This document shows positions 25,641-38,604 of a stretch of 64,000 nt of DNA, in pieces. The position numbers and the translations under genes were made by a program. Below the pieces are notes generated by a model, which saw nothing but the letters and a program-made list of their open reading frames with translations, was not told the origin of the DNA and ran no database searches. Position 1 is the first letter of the stretch; every line of letters starts with the position of its first letter. This stretch comes from Leucoraja ocellata (Eukaryota), in the NCBI GenBank assembly GCA_036785375.1, contig JAWMAR010000094.1, forward strand, positions 6,820,001-6,884,000. The letters are read 5' to 3'.

Positions 25641-28503
25641 GGTAGACAAAAATGCTGGAGAAACTCAAAAAATAAAAATAAAATAAAAATAAAATAAATT
25701 GGATAGGCATATGGATGAGAAGGGAATGGAGGGTTATGGTATGAGTGCAGGCAGGTGGGACTAAGGGGAAAAAAGTTGTTCAGCACGGACGTGCAGGGCC
25801 GAGATGTCCTGTTTCCGTGCTGTAATTGTTATATGGTTATATGGTTATATGGTATTGGGTCGAGACCCTTCTTCAGACTCTTGTGAGGGTGGGGGGTGGG
25901 CGGGAAGGAAGAGGCGAAGACATGCTGAGGGAGAGATGAGAAGGGGAGGAGAAAGCAGGGACTACCTGAAATTGGAGTATAGTCGAGATAGCCATGGGTG
26001 TCAGTGGGTGTCGGTCAGTACATCTACTTACTGGCCAACATCTGCTATAAACCCACTGACTGCCATGGCTATCTGGACTACACTTCTTCCCACCCTGCTT
26101 CCTGTAAGGACTCCATCCCCTACTCCTAATTCGTCCGTCTACGCCGCATCTGCACGCAGGATGAGGTGTTCCATTCCAGGGCATCGGAGATGTCTTCATT
26201 CATCAGGGTTCCCTTCTTCGATTTAAATCTTTTTATTTGAATTTCACAGCAATTTGCATACATACAATGATAACAGACAGTGAAAGTCAAGGCATAATTG
26301 TGCAACAGTATGTAAGTGAGCCTCAAAGCCCTTACACTTACCCACCTTCAACCCACCCGAATCAGGTCGGAACCAAACGGGGACAAACAACACTCACATA
26401 CATACACATCCACACAAATATGGTAAGATAAACGAAACAAAAAGTACTAAAAAAAATTAAAAAGAAATAAATAAAAATTTAAAAAAAGGGATCACTAATA
26501 ACAGTAAATAAGTAAATAATTAAATAAATAAGTGTGGGGAGGGGGGGGGGGGGTTAAGGGGAAAGCAGCTGCAGTAGAGCAGAACTATGGTGGAGAGCAC
26601 TCAGTCCTCTTCCGAGTCCGGGGACAAGTTGAGAGAGTTAACAAGTTCCAAGAAAGGGTTCCATGTATCTAGGAATGTCTTGGTAGAGCCTTTGAGAGGG
26701 AACCTAAGTTTTTCAAGCTTTAAATTGTAAAGCACCTCCTTAATCCAGCGGGCGTGTGTCGGGGGACAGGTAAGCCTCCAGTTAAGCAAGATCAGTCTCC
26801 GGGCTAACAAGGTTGTAAAAGCTAGGACCCGTTTCACCGCAACATAGAGGTTGGTGTTGGGAGGGGTACCAAAAATGGCTGACAGTGGGTTTGGAGGAAT
26901 AGTCTGGCCGTAGGCTCTGCTTATCAAGTCGAAAGCACTCCTCCAAAAGGCTGCTAGCTTAGGGCAAGACCAAAACATATGGCTATGGTTGCAGGAGATT
27001 GATTACATCTGTTGCAGGTGTCCCTAACAGCAGGGTAAATTCTATATAATCTTGCATTTGTGTAGTGGACTTTGTGAAGGACTTTGCATTGGATTAGGCC
27101 ATGACGGGCACATGTGGAGGAAGAATGGATCAAATCCAAATCCAATCCAAATCCCATTGCTGGTCTGTTAGTTTCGTATTCAGCTCACCCTCCCACGCAG
27201 CTTTTAATGAGGTATGAGGTTTCAATATAACCGACCCTAACAAGTTATACAAAACAGAGATGCATTTCTTCCGGTTGGGATCTAGAGCTAAGATGGTATC
27301 GTTAAGGGTCTCAGGGGGGCGATTTGGGAAATGGGGGAATTTCTTCTTCAGAAAATCCCTAATCTGGAAAAAAACGAAAAAGGTGGGAGTTTGGGAGGCT
27401 ATAGTTGGACGAGAGCTCCGCAAAAGACGAAAAGATGCCATCCTTGTATAGGTTTTTGATACTACTGATACCGTTGCTATGCCAGGTTTTGAATGCGTGG
27501 TCTGTACTTGAAGGTTTAAATATGTGGTTTTTAAGCAGTGGGGTCAAGATGGAAGGGCCTTGTAAACCGAAGTTTTTCCTGAGTTGACTCCATATCTTGA
27601 GCGAGGGGGACGCAATTGGGCCTGCACCCCTCTTCTACTATAGCTGAGGCTCTCACCAGGGTCTCTTCTATACCCCGCAACTCTGCTCTCATTCCCCAAC
27701 CCCCAACTCGTAACAAGGGCAGAGTACCCCTTGTCCTCATCACATACAACAAATAATTCTCCAACTTTTTCACCACCTCCAACGGGATCCCACCACTGGC
27801 CACATCTTCCCATCTCCTCCACTGTCTGCTTTCCGCAGAGACCGCACCCTCCATAACTCCCTGGTTAATTTGTCCCTTCCCACCCAAACCACCCCCTCTC
27901 CTGGCACTTTCCCTTGCAACTGCAGGAAATGCTACACTTGTCGCTTTACCTCCCCCCTCGACTCCATTCAATGACACAGACAGTCTTTCTAGGTGCGGCA
28001 GAGGTTCACCAGCATCTCCTCCAACCTCATCTATTGCATCCGCTGCTTTAGGTGTCAGCTGCTCGACATCGGTGAGACCAAGCGTAGGCTTGGCGATCGC
28101 TTGGTCCAACACCTCCGCCCGGTTCGCAATAACCAACCTTATCTCCCGGTGGCTCAGCACTTCAACTCCCCCTCCCATTCCGAATCTGACCTTTCAGTCC
28201 TGGGCCTCCTCCATGGCCAGAGTGAGGACCACCGTAAATTGGTGGAGCAGCACCTCATATTTTGCTTGGGCAGTTTACACCCCAGCGCTATGACCATTGA
28301 CTTCTCCAATTTCAGATAGTCCCTGCTTTATCCTCCCCTTCTCAGCTCTCCCTCAGCCCACTATCTCCGCCTCTTCATTTCGTCTTCCCGCTCCCCCACC
28401 CTAACATCAGTCTGAAGAAGGGACTCGACCCGAAACGTTGCCTATATCCTTCCTCCATAGATGCTGCCTCACCCGCTGAGTTTCTCCAGCATTTTTGTCT
28501 ACC
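25641..28503 (+). mobile_element. Penelope-like element (GIY-YIG), 5'-truncated, with inverted terminal segment; interrupted by L1 and CR1
   Basis: NLIYCIRC..CQLLDIGETKRRLGDR GIY-YIG endonuclease (27993-28319). 25641-25978 is an inverted copy of the 3' end 28304-28503. Confidence 0.82.
26220..27625 (-). mobile_element. L1-clade LINE 3' fragment inserted into the Penelope element
   Basis: LIQCKVLHKVHYT..C.RC, MFWSCPKL..FW, KLEK..F...W.PF (ORF2 C-terminal zinc knuckle region); AATAAA at the 3' end about 26232. Confidence 0.87.
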
Positions 28504-28737
28504 ACCAGGTTGTGAATGGTCCTATTAAAGACAGGGCTTTATTTCGTTAATACATGAGCATTTATTGATCGTTTCATTAATTAGACACACTTGATGTGAG
28601 TTATAACCACAGACTCTCACAGATAATTCAATGAATGCCCACACAAAAGATCATGATGTGAAATGGGTGTCTGAGGGGTTGGGTGAAGCCATTTCATTGG
28701 GGTTGATGATTGAGGAGAAGGTGAATTTCGAATTAAG

Positions 28738-29143
28738 TAGATTGAGGGGGGACCTTATAGAAACTTACACATTTTTTAAGAGGTTGGACAGGCTAGATGC
28801 AGGAAGATTATTCCTGATGTTGGGGAAGTCCGGAACAAGGGGTCACAGTTTAAGGATCAGGGGGGAATCTTTTAGAACAGAGATGAGAAACACATTTTCA
28901 CACAGAGAGTGGTGAATCTCTGGAATTCTCTGCCACAGAAGGTAGTTGAGGCCAGTTCATCGGCTATATTTAAGAGGGAGTTAGATGTGGCCCTTGTGGC
29001 TAAAGGGATCAGGGTGTGTGGAGAGAAGGCAGGTACAGCATAATGAGTTGGATGATCAACCATGATCATATTGAATGGTGGTGCAGGCTCTAAGGGCCGA
29101 ATGGCCTACTCCTGCATCTATCTTCCATGTTTCTATGTTTCTA
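28738..29143 (+). mobile_element. CR1 3' end
   Basis: RLRGDLIETY...; (CTATGTTT) tail. Confidence 0.88.
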
Positions 29144-30416
29144 AGGTGGGAGCTGGAGATTGGGTGTAAAGAATAAGGAAAGACAGGACGCCGAGTTTAA
29201 TGCTGCATACCGATATTGTATGTGCCGTAAGGCTCGCTGAATGGTTAGAGAAGTGTAAATATATATATATGGAGATGGTCGGGGTGCAAAGACTTATGTA
29301 GTGAAGTAAGAAATTCCAACCGGTTAAACAGCGTTTTTCATTGAGACCAGTTATTCAATTATAGAGCAGTACTGCACATGAACAGGCCTTTCAGGTCACC
29401 TTACCCCTGCGACCAAGTTGGCATACCAGGCAAGTCACATTTGGTTGTAAGCTGTGGGCCGAGCTTCGAAAATGTGTCTAGAATTTAACTTTCGTCACCC
29501 ATGTCTGTGAACTACTTGAAACTTTGAACATATTTAGATATAATTGAGAAGGAAGTTATACCTCGTCAGTGGCAAAAGTTGCATTTTAATTAATTAAGCC
29601 AATTAGAATATGATATCGAAAAAGTAGGCAGCATCTAGTGCCCATATTAATCCATGGGGAGCCTAATTCTGTGCTGCTGTTTGTTTAAACCATATATATA
29701 CTACTGAATATGAGTGTAATTATATATAATTATATTATATAAATATAATATATAAATATAATTATATAAATATAATATAACAAATATAAATGTGAGTGTG
29801 TATGTTGAGTGAGACTGCCGCAGAGGTCGGGGTCCTGAACCTGCCTAATTAATGTGTGAGGGCAGTTCCTGTGGGTTCCCACCTTTACTGAACCCCACTG
29901 ACTGCCAGTTTGCAGAGTGGGGGTCACGGCCATAGTGGGACTGGGGCAGTGCCAGGCTGGGAGAAGACTAAGGCATCTTCCACTGACAGGAAAATGCATA
30001 ACCCTAACCCTAACTCGCCCCCTTCCAGAGCTGTCCACGGCTGGAGCTGAAGCCGTTTTGGGCTCCGGAAGTGTGGCTGCTGAGCGCGTTCAACTCGGCC
30101 AGCATGCTCTTTTGGATCATCATGGTGATGATGGTGGGGAGCAGCACTGCCCTGCACGCCGTCCGGGCCGCCTTTAGCACCCCCATAGTGCCGGCTCTGT
30201 CAGTTGGCCCGCTCGTTCGTTGCCACACCGACCGTCCGACAGCCCGAGCAACCCCTCACAACATGTACCGGTGGCCCGGCAGCCCGACCGGCCCTTCACA
30301 GCATCCACCGGCTCACCGGCAGCCCTACCGACCTTTCACAGCACTCACCGGCAGCCCGACCGACAGACTGGTCGACTGATCGACTGACTTCTGGCTGACC
30401 GACCGACCGACTGACT

Positions 30417-33400
30417 TGTTGTGGTTCGTTTCTCTTAAACAGACAAAAACACAAATACAATCAGTAATCAAGCATTACATCAGTAATAAATCTTTATTTC
30501 GCCATGCGGGTGTGGTAAGACTCTTACAGTATGTAGATACAGACTATACAGAGTAATCCCACACAAAGGGCAGTGATTAAGTACATGCGTTTATATTCCA
30601 ATAATCAGCGATTCAGCTATACCTTATAACCATATAACAATTACAGCACGGAAACAGGCCATCTCGGCCCCACAAGTCCGTGCCGAACAACATTTTTCCT
30701 TTAGTCCCACCTGCCTGCACTCATACCATAACCCTACATTCCCTTCTCATCCATATGCCTATCCAATTTATTTTTAAATGATACCAACGAACCTGCCACC
30801 ACCACTTCCACTGGAAGCTTATTGCACACTGCTACCACTCTCTGAGTAAAGAAGTTCCCCCTCATGTTACCCCTAAACTTCTGTCCCTTAATTCTGAAGT
30901 CATGTCCTCTTGTTTGAATCTACCCTATTCTCAAAGGGAAAAACTGATCCACATCAACTCTGTCTATCCTCTCATCATTTTAAAGACCTCTATCCAGTCC
31001 CCCCTTAACCTTCTGCGCTCCAGAGAATAAAGACCATGGTACAGCTTCTTGCTTCTTAAGATTGACAGCTTCTTAAGATTGACAGGTTCTTTCGAGAGAG
31101 GAAGAGTTAGCCATATATGGTTATATGAGGCGGCTATTTTCCTTCAGAACAAGAATTTTGTTTTGTTTTTACAGAATGCGCACATTATAATCTTATAGAG
31201 CAAGGGTAAGAGCCGAGAGTCCGAACAGCCTCTAAATGTTTATATAATGGAGGAGACATTCATGAACTTGTGCTTGTGATCTCACTTGTATTATTGGAAA
31301 AAGGCCCATAAACAACGTGTTAGCCTTGTTAGTATAATAAGAGCAAGGGTTAGAGCATTCTGCTGGCTTTGCAATTAATAAGAGAAAGGTTACAGCCTGT
31401 CTTAGTTTCAGCTGAACCAATGTTTGTAAAGTTTGGGCTGTTTGGACTCTGTAGACTGGACAATGTTCAGGGACTCGGCAACGGACCTGAACGAATACGC
31501 CACAGTCGTCACAGACTTCATTAATAAATGTGTGGATGACTGCATCCCTACAAAAACCCTCTGAGTGTTTCCCAATCAGAAACCTTGTATGAACTTTGCA
31601 ATCCGCACCATTCTGAAGACCAGACACCGGGCATTCATGTCTCATGATACAGTGGTCTACTAGAAGTCCAGGTACGACATTGGTAAGGTCATCAAAAAGG
31701 CCAAAAGGGACTTCTGCTCCAAGCGGGAGGATGAGACAGATGTTCGGCAGCTGTGGCGGGGCCTGAATGCAATCACCTCCTACAGGGCAAAATCAGGAGG
31801 CAGCTCGAATGTCAGCGAAACATCACTCCCTGATGAGCTCAATGCATTTTACACACGCTTTGATAGGGAGAACACTGATGTGCCTTCTCGAGACCCCATT
31901 CGCTGTGATGGTATTTCAGCCTCAGTCACAGAGGCCGATGTCAGGAAATCCCTCAGAGGGGTGAACCCTCGAAAAGCGCCTGGACCTGATGGTATACCCG
32001 GTCGTGTTCTAAACACCTGTGTGGACCAACAGGATGGAGTTTTTGCAGACATTTTCAACCTTTCACTTCTGAGGTCTGAGGCTCCCACCCGCTTTAAAAG
32101 GGCATCAATTATACCGGTGCCCAAGAAGAGCAAGGTGACTTGCCTCAACGACTATCGACCAATGGCACTATTGTCGGTGGCGATGACGTGCTAAGAGAGC
32201 TTGATCATGGCGCAAATCAACTCCTACCTCGACAAAAAACTGGACCCACTGCAGTTTGCTTACCGCCACAACAGATCAATGGTGGATGCGATCTTGCTGG
32301 CTCTCCACTTGGGCAACAAAAACTCATATGTCAGGCTGTTATTCATTGATTATAGTTTGGCATTTAATATAATCACCTCTTGCAAGCTGGTTAGCAAGCT
32401 CTCAGATCTGGGTCTCTGCGCATCCCTCTGCAAATGGATCCTCGACTTCCTAATTCAAAGACCACAGACTGTTCGTATTGGTGGAAATGTGTCAGCCTCG
32501 ATAACAATCAGCATGGGAGTACCTCAAGGCTGGGAGCTCAGCCCCCGGTATGCTCACTCTATACTCATGACTGCGCAGCCGGTCATATTGCGAATTCCAT
32601 CATCAAGTTCACTGACGACACCATTGTTGAGACGTTCACTGATGGGGACGAGTCAGAGTATAGAAGTGAGATCGACCGACTGACCAAATGGTGCCAGCAC
32701 AACAACCTTGCCCTCAACACCAGCAAAACCAAGGAACTGATTGTGGACTTCGGAAGGGGTAGGATGGGGACCCACACTCCCGTTTATATCAACGGGTCGA
32801 TGGTGGAGAAGGTCAAGAGCTTTAAATTCCTGGGCGTGCATATTTCTGAAGATTTTTCCTGGTCCGAGAACACTGAATCAATTATTAAGAAAGCACATCA
32901 GCGGCTCTACTTCCTGGGAAGATTATGGAGAGTCGGTATGTCAAAGAGGACTCTCTCAAACATCTACAGGTGCACAGTAAAGAGCATGCTGACTGGTTGC
33001 ATCGTGGCTTCGTTCGGCAACTTGAGTGCCCAGGAGCGGAAAAGACTACGAAAAGTAGTAAACACTGTCCAGTCAAATCATCGTCTCCGACCTCCCTACC
33101 ACCGAGGGGATCAATTGCACTCGCTGCCTCAAAAAGGCTGGCAGCATCATCAAGGACCCACACCATCCTGGCCACACACTGATCTCCCCGCTACCTTCAG
33201 GAAGAAGGTACAGGAGCTTGAAGACTGCAACGTCCAGGTTCAGAAATAGCTACTTCCCCACAGCTATGAAACTAAACTGAAACAAATCTCTGAACACTAA
33301 TAGACTATTATCTGTTTATTTGCACCTTATCTGCTTATTTATGGATGTATGTATATATTTATATAATGGTGTATGGACTCACTGATATGATGTGTTCTGT

Positions 33401-33520
33401 ATTCGTGCCTACTATATTCCGTTGTGCTGATGCAAAGCAAGAAGTTCATTGTCCTATCTGGGACATATGACAAACTCTCTTGACTTGACTTGACATTATC
33501 AGTTTATGATAGCATTCACA
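30417..33520 (-). mobile_element. 3' LTR of an endogenous retrovirus (interrupted by CR1 30625-31035 and Rex1 about 31430-33495)
   Basis: 30420-30625 and 31035-31190 are homologous to 49889-50260. Minus-strand TATAAA (30590-30595) and AATAAA (30493-30498); ends ...CCACAACA. Inferred start TGTGAATG at 33520 follows a short GGGGAT purine run. Confidence 0.75.
31430..33495 (+). mobile_element. Rex1/Babar-clade LINE, defective
   Basis: [43 protein letters not shown]; (CTTGA)n tail. Confidence 0.9.
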
Positions 33521-33544
33521 ATCCCCGGTAGGTACAAAATGGTC

Positions 33545-33762
33545 GAAAACAGTTCACAATAAAAATTAGAGCGATGATTAATAAAACAATAGAGCCATAT
33601 TATAATATAGTATTCCAAAGTCCATCAAGCCAACTGAATGGCCAGAATTTCCCATGTTATTTCATTGTACCCATGCATGTCACTGTCAACCTTATGGGTG
33701 TTCTCAATTTCTTGGGAAATGTGGGTAGCAAGGTCATTTATATTAGAGGATTCGTCAGGGAT
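33545..33762 (-). pseudogene. env: retroviral env TM-subunit remnant
   Basis: Manual translation: IPDESSNINDLATHISQEI..., then after a frameshift WPFSWLDGLWNTIL*YGSIVLLIIALIFIVNCF (Trp-rich membrane-proximal segment plus TM helix). Lies immediately before the 3' LTR. Confidence 0.7.
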
Positions 33763-34378
33763 CTTGGCACATCACTCGTCTTATTATAATACAAGTGCCA
33801 CTTTGTTAATGTTTATGATCAATACTTATTACATGGTAAGAAAGATTTTTAATATACAATAGTTGTAAAACAGTTAACACGATTTTGTACAAAGATTATT
33901 AAGAATTGAGAATGGAGCTGTCAACTATCTTTATGCAGCCCTTATAAAAAAATGAAGAGTAATATGTAGAATTCATTCGTTTCAGTCTGCTACCGTTAAC
34001 TCTTATACACATTTCCCCTTTAATTGCTTCATGCCATTTATCCAAGACTGTGGGATCTGCAGATTAGGTTTAATTAGCTTCTTTAAGAGATTAACATCCA
34101 TAAATTCAAATATTACAAGATGCCATGAACTAGAAGCATTATGTAATTTGGTACTTACATTATTGTAATTTGGTTTTGAATCTGTCCTTGAGCTCGTAAG
34201 GGGTTATGGCACAAACCCAAAATCCTAATCAGATAAAGAAGTTTGTTTACTTCATCGCACCTAGTTCACTGCTGAACACTTCTATAATAGTAGCCCTTCG
34301 CCGTTACAGCGCGTAAGCAGGTTGGCATGTTATTCCACCACTGCTGGCAACGCCACAGAACAATAGGCTATCGGTATT

Positions 34379-34800
34379 TATGCAGGGATATGGGGAAAAA
34401 GGCTGAACATGGGTCAATTACTGTAAAGGTGTCGGCTTCTGTTGTTATAGATGACAGAATAATATTGGTATCAGGTACCAAAGGACTATTTTAAATAGCT
34501 CTCAGGTCTTAGGCAAAACACCATTCATTACATCTTCCCACTTTCGGGATCTATTGCACAGACTTTGCACTTTCACTAATAGTGCTTGTTGCAATAAAGC
34601 CAACCATGTCACCCATAAAGACTATAGCTGTCCCTTCTTCAGCCTCCGAGGCCAGTCAATTTAAAAAACAATCATGGTAAGGCAGCTCCACTTTTTTTAT
34701 AGTCAGCTTATGTTCAGGGGCTGAATACACTCATCCCACATGGCTGATGCGTTGCCCATAGTTTGTAGAGTACTTGGACTAGAGCCATAGTGGGCAGATC
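34379..34800 (-). pseudogene. pol: retroviral reverse transcriptase N-terminal remnant (gamma/epsilon-like)
   Basis: Manual translation: LWATH..HVG..SA.., EAEEG, LLQQ.LL..QSLCN, PKVGR.NEW.F.*DLRAI, PLVPDTNIILSSI, FTVIDPCSAFFPISLH. Confidence 0.82.
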
Positions 34801-35129
34801 CTCAGTAGGCAGCTGTTGCTTTCCATAGTGTCCCATTCCTATCTGACACGTGTGATCTTTCCTTCTGTGTCATTGGCAACTTAGAACATGAATTGTATGT
34901 TTGTCCTTCAGCCATTTATCATTTTTTGCTATTTCTTTCGCTGTTACTGGAGGTCGAATAGTTACCATTAAGTGTGAGTCAGAGGAGTCTCTCATTTCAA
35001 ATCGATCCCTCTGGTTTTATTCCTTATCCCGGGACCCCAAAGAACAAATAAGAGGTCACTGTTAATTGGTCAAATTTATTCAACCAGGGGGAGTCTCGTT
35101 CTGTTGTTTATACTCTTGGTTTATACTCT

Positions 35130-35548
35130 CTAGAATTTAGGAGATTGAGAGGGGATCTTATAGAAACATACAAAATTCTTAAGGGGTTGGACAGGCTAGA
35201 TGCAGGAAGATTGTTCCCGATGTTGGGGAAGTCCAGGACAAGGGGTCACAGCTTAAGGATAAGGGGGACATCCTTTAAAACCGAGATGAGGAGAACTTTT
35301 TTCACACAGAGAGTGGTGAATCTCTGGAACTCTCTGCCACAGAGGGTAGTTGAGGCCAGTTCATTGGCTATATTTAAGAGGGAGTTAGATGTGGCCCTTG
35401 TGGCCAAGGGGATCAGAGGGTATGGAGAGAAGGCAGGTACGGGATACTGAGTTGGATGATCAGCCATGATCATATTAAATGGCGGTGCAGGCTCGAAGGG
35501 CTGAATGGCCTACTCCTGCACCTAATTTCTATGTTTCTATGTTTCTAA
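35130..35548 (+). mobile_element. CR1 3' end
   Basis: ORF 35145-35450 is the RT C-terminus; (CTATGTTT)n tail. Confidence 0.92.
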
Positions 35549-35734
35549 GTATCCGGGATTAGGGAGGCAAGTATATAATTCAGTGCTGTGCGTTTGCTTA
35601 TGTTCATGGCTGGTTTTAACAAGATACCGTAAATACTGGCCTTTTTATAATTGTGTGTATGGCTTCCTTTTACCTCCAGTCTTGCAGGAGGACATCCAAA
35701 TTAATACTTCCTTTTCCCAGTTTCCAATTATTTT

Positions 35735-35990
35735 GCAATAAATTAGGTGTATCCAAGGAGGATTATTTTCGACCTTCACTGAAGGTAGATGTAGTCAGCA
35801 GTACTGGGAAGTGCTTCTTCCACCGTTCTCCCAATTTCCTCCGCTCCCAATTTCTTATCAGTACGTTATCTCGTGGTTGTAAGGATTTGCCGTTATGGTC
35901 AGCTGATAGTGGTTTCTGCGTTTCTCTGGTTCAGAGGTTCCTGTAAGACTAACAAGGTTCTGGTCAATTGCTGTGCATACGTAATGAATG
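35735..35990 (-). pseudogene. pol: retroviral integrase C-terminal remnant
   Basis: Manual translation: LQPRDNVLIRNWERRKLGERW..HFPVLLTTST.VKVENNPPWIH..CK, matching the QPGDWVL..W.GP(F/Y).VLLTT.TAVKV..WIH..CK module. Confidence 0.8.
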
Positions 35991-36539
35991 CACACTAAGG
36001 TCCTGCCCAGTCCCAGTCAAGGATTGACTTAAACTATTTAACTACTTACAAGGTAGACCCTTTAAAAATAGCTCATTATAAAGAAAAACAATTTAAAAAT
36101 GATTCCCAATTCTCATCCAATTCTCATTCAATCTGAATTCCAGTGCGTAATTCAGACCTCTCTTCAATTCAATTCAAAAGGTAAGAAGTAGGAAGAAATC
36201 AAACAAAAGATAGAGACAAGGTTACCAAACCTCATGCCAGGTTATGCGGTGAAGAAATGAACAGTGTCTTTGCTGATCTACATCCGCTGCTTAATGAAAG
36301 TTGAGAAGACAGAGAATGTATAGTTAATTTCTAGATAGATAGCCATTATATTTTCAAAGAGCTAAGGAAACCAAAATAACTTTGTCCCAGGCTCAACACC
36401 CAATACAGCTGCAACTTCTTAAAGATACATTACCTTTTAGAACACATGAGACTCTATAAAGATTTATCACGTAAATGTGCAAGCCTTTCAATGACATCCT
36501 ATTTCATCTGAATTATATGACTAATTCAACATTCACCTA

Positions 36540-38133
36540 CAGTGGCTTGCAAAAGTATTCATACCCCTTGAACTTTTCCACATTTTGTCACGTTACAACC
36601 ACAAATGTAAATGTATTTTATTGGGATTTTATGTGATAGACCAACACAAAGTGGTGCATAATTGTGAAGGAAAGGAAAATGATACATGGTTTTCAAATTT
36701 ATTTACAAATAAAAAACTGAAAAGTGTGGCATGCAAAAGTATTCAGCCCCCCCCCGAGTCAATACCTTGTAGAACCACCTTTCGCTGCAATTACAGCTGC
36801 AAGTCTTTTGGGGTATGTCTCTACCAGCTTTGCACATCTAGAGACTGACATTTGTGCCCATTCTTCTTTGCAAAATAGCTCAAACTCAGTCAGATTGGAT
36901 GAAGAGCGTCTGTGAACAGCAATTTTCAAGTCTTGCCCGAGATTCTCAATTGGATTTAGGTCTGGACTTTGACTGGGCCATTCTAACACATGAATATTCT
37001 TTGATCTAAACCATTCCATTGTAGCTCTGGCTGTATGTTTAGGGTCGTTGTCCTGCTGGAAGGTGAACGTCCACCCCGGTCTCAAGTCTTTTGCAGACTC
37101 TAACAGGTTTTCTTCCAAGATTGCCCTGTATTTGGCTCCATCCATCTTCCCATCAACTCTGACCAGCTTCCCTGTCCCTGCTGAAGAAAAGCATCCCCAC
37201 AGCATGATGCTGCCACTACCATGTTTCACAATGGGGATGGTATGTTCTGGGTGATGTGCAGTGTTAGTTTTCCGCCACACATAGCATTTTGCATTTAGGC
37301 CAAAAACTTCAATTTTGGTCTTATCTGACCAGAACACCTTCCTCCACATGTTTGCTGTGTCCCCCACATGGCTTGTGACAAACTGCAAACGGGACTTCTT
37401 ATGGCTTTCTTCTTGCCACTCTTCCATAAAGGCCTGATTTGTGGAGTGCACGACTAATAGATGTCCTGTGGTCAGATCTTCCCACCTGAGCTGTGGATCT
37501 CTGCAGCTCCTCCAGAGTTACCATGCTTGGCTGCTTCTCTGATCAATGCTCTCCTTGCCCGGCCTGTCAATTTAGGTGGACGGCCATGTCTTGGTAGGTT
37601 TGCAGTTGTGCCATACTCTTTCCATTTTCGGATGATGGATTGAACAGTGCTCCGTGAGACGTTCAAAGCTTGGGATATTTTTTTATAACCTAACCCTGCT
37701 TTAAACTTCTCCACAACTTTATCCCTGACCTGTCTGGTGTGTTCCTTGGGCTTCATGATGCTGTTTGTTCACTAATGTTCTCTAACACACCTCTGAGGCC
37801 TTCGCAGAACAGCTGTATTTATACTGAGATTAGATTACACACAAGTAGACTCTATTTACTAATTAGGTGACTTCTGAAGGCAATTGGTTGCACTGGATTT
37901 TAATTAGGGGTATCAGAGTAAAGGGGGCTGAAGACTTTTGCACGCCACACTTTTCAGTTTTTTATTTGTAAAAAAATTTGAAAACCATGTATCATTTCCC
38001 TTACACCACAATTATGCGCCACTTTGTGTTGGTCTATCACATAAAATCTCAATAAAATACATTTACGTTTGTGGTTGTAACGTGACAAAATGTGGAAAAG
38101 TTCAAGGGGTATGAATACTTTTGCAAGCCACTG
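36540..38133 (-). mobile_element. Tc1-family transposon copy B, full length, defective
   Basis: TA|CAGTGGCTTGCAAAAGTATTCATACCCC...GCAAGCCACTG|TA; about 200-bp TIRs with internal repeats. Transposase 37756-36759 ([22 protein letters not shown]) broken by small deletions. Confidence 0.95.
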
Positions 38134-38604
38134 TAGTACTGGTTCCACAAACAAGTAACAGTATTTAAACTCACTCACTCTTTCTGTGCCATTCACTCAC
38201 AAATTTCCACACCTCGTGCAATATGCTAAATCTCAAATATTCACACACGTTAAGGTAATACAATTCTCACTCAAAGAGTAAAACAGTTATACACTCCTCA
38301 AGGAAATTGTGCCAAACTCTTAAAACTTTGATACACCCAAAATGATAAATTTACATTTTAATATATGATATTATTAGGCAAAGGCACTAGGTCTTGTGGA
38401 CCTTGTTGTGAACCTTGACCAAGCTAGCTTTGGAGAATTATGAAACAGAAGCCTTATCTTTCTTAACTATAATTTAAGAAAAACAATTATATAGCTGTGC
38501 TGTAGACAAGATTCATACATAGGCTGTATCAGAGGAAAATGTTATTTGTCAGCCAGCCATTTTACATAACCCTGAGTTTATACCACTAGAGGTATAGGAT
38601 TTTA

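Noticed and set aside
30001-30014. Interstitial telomere repeat
   Set aside because: Only two CCCTAA units; not distinguishable from chance.
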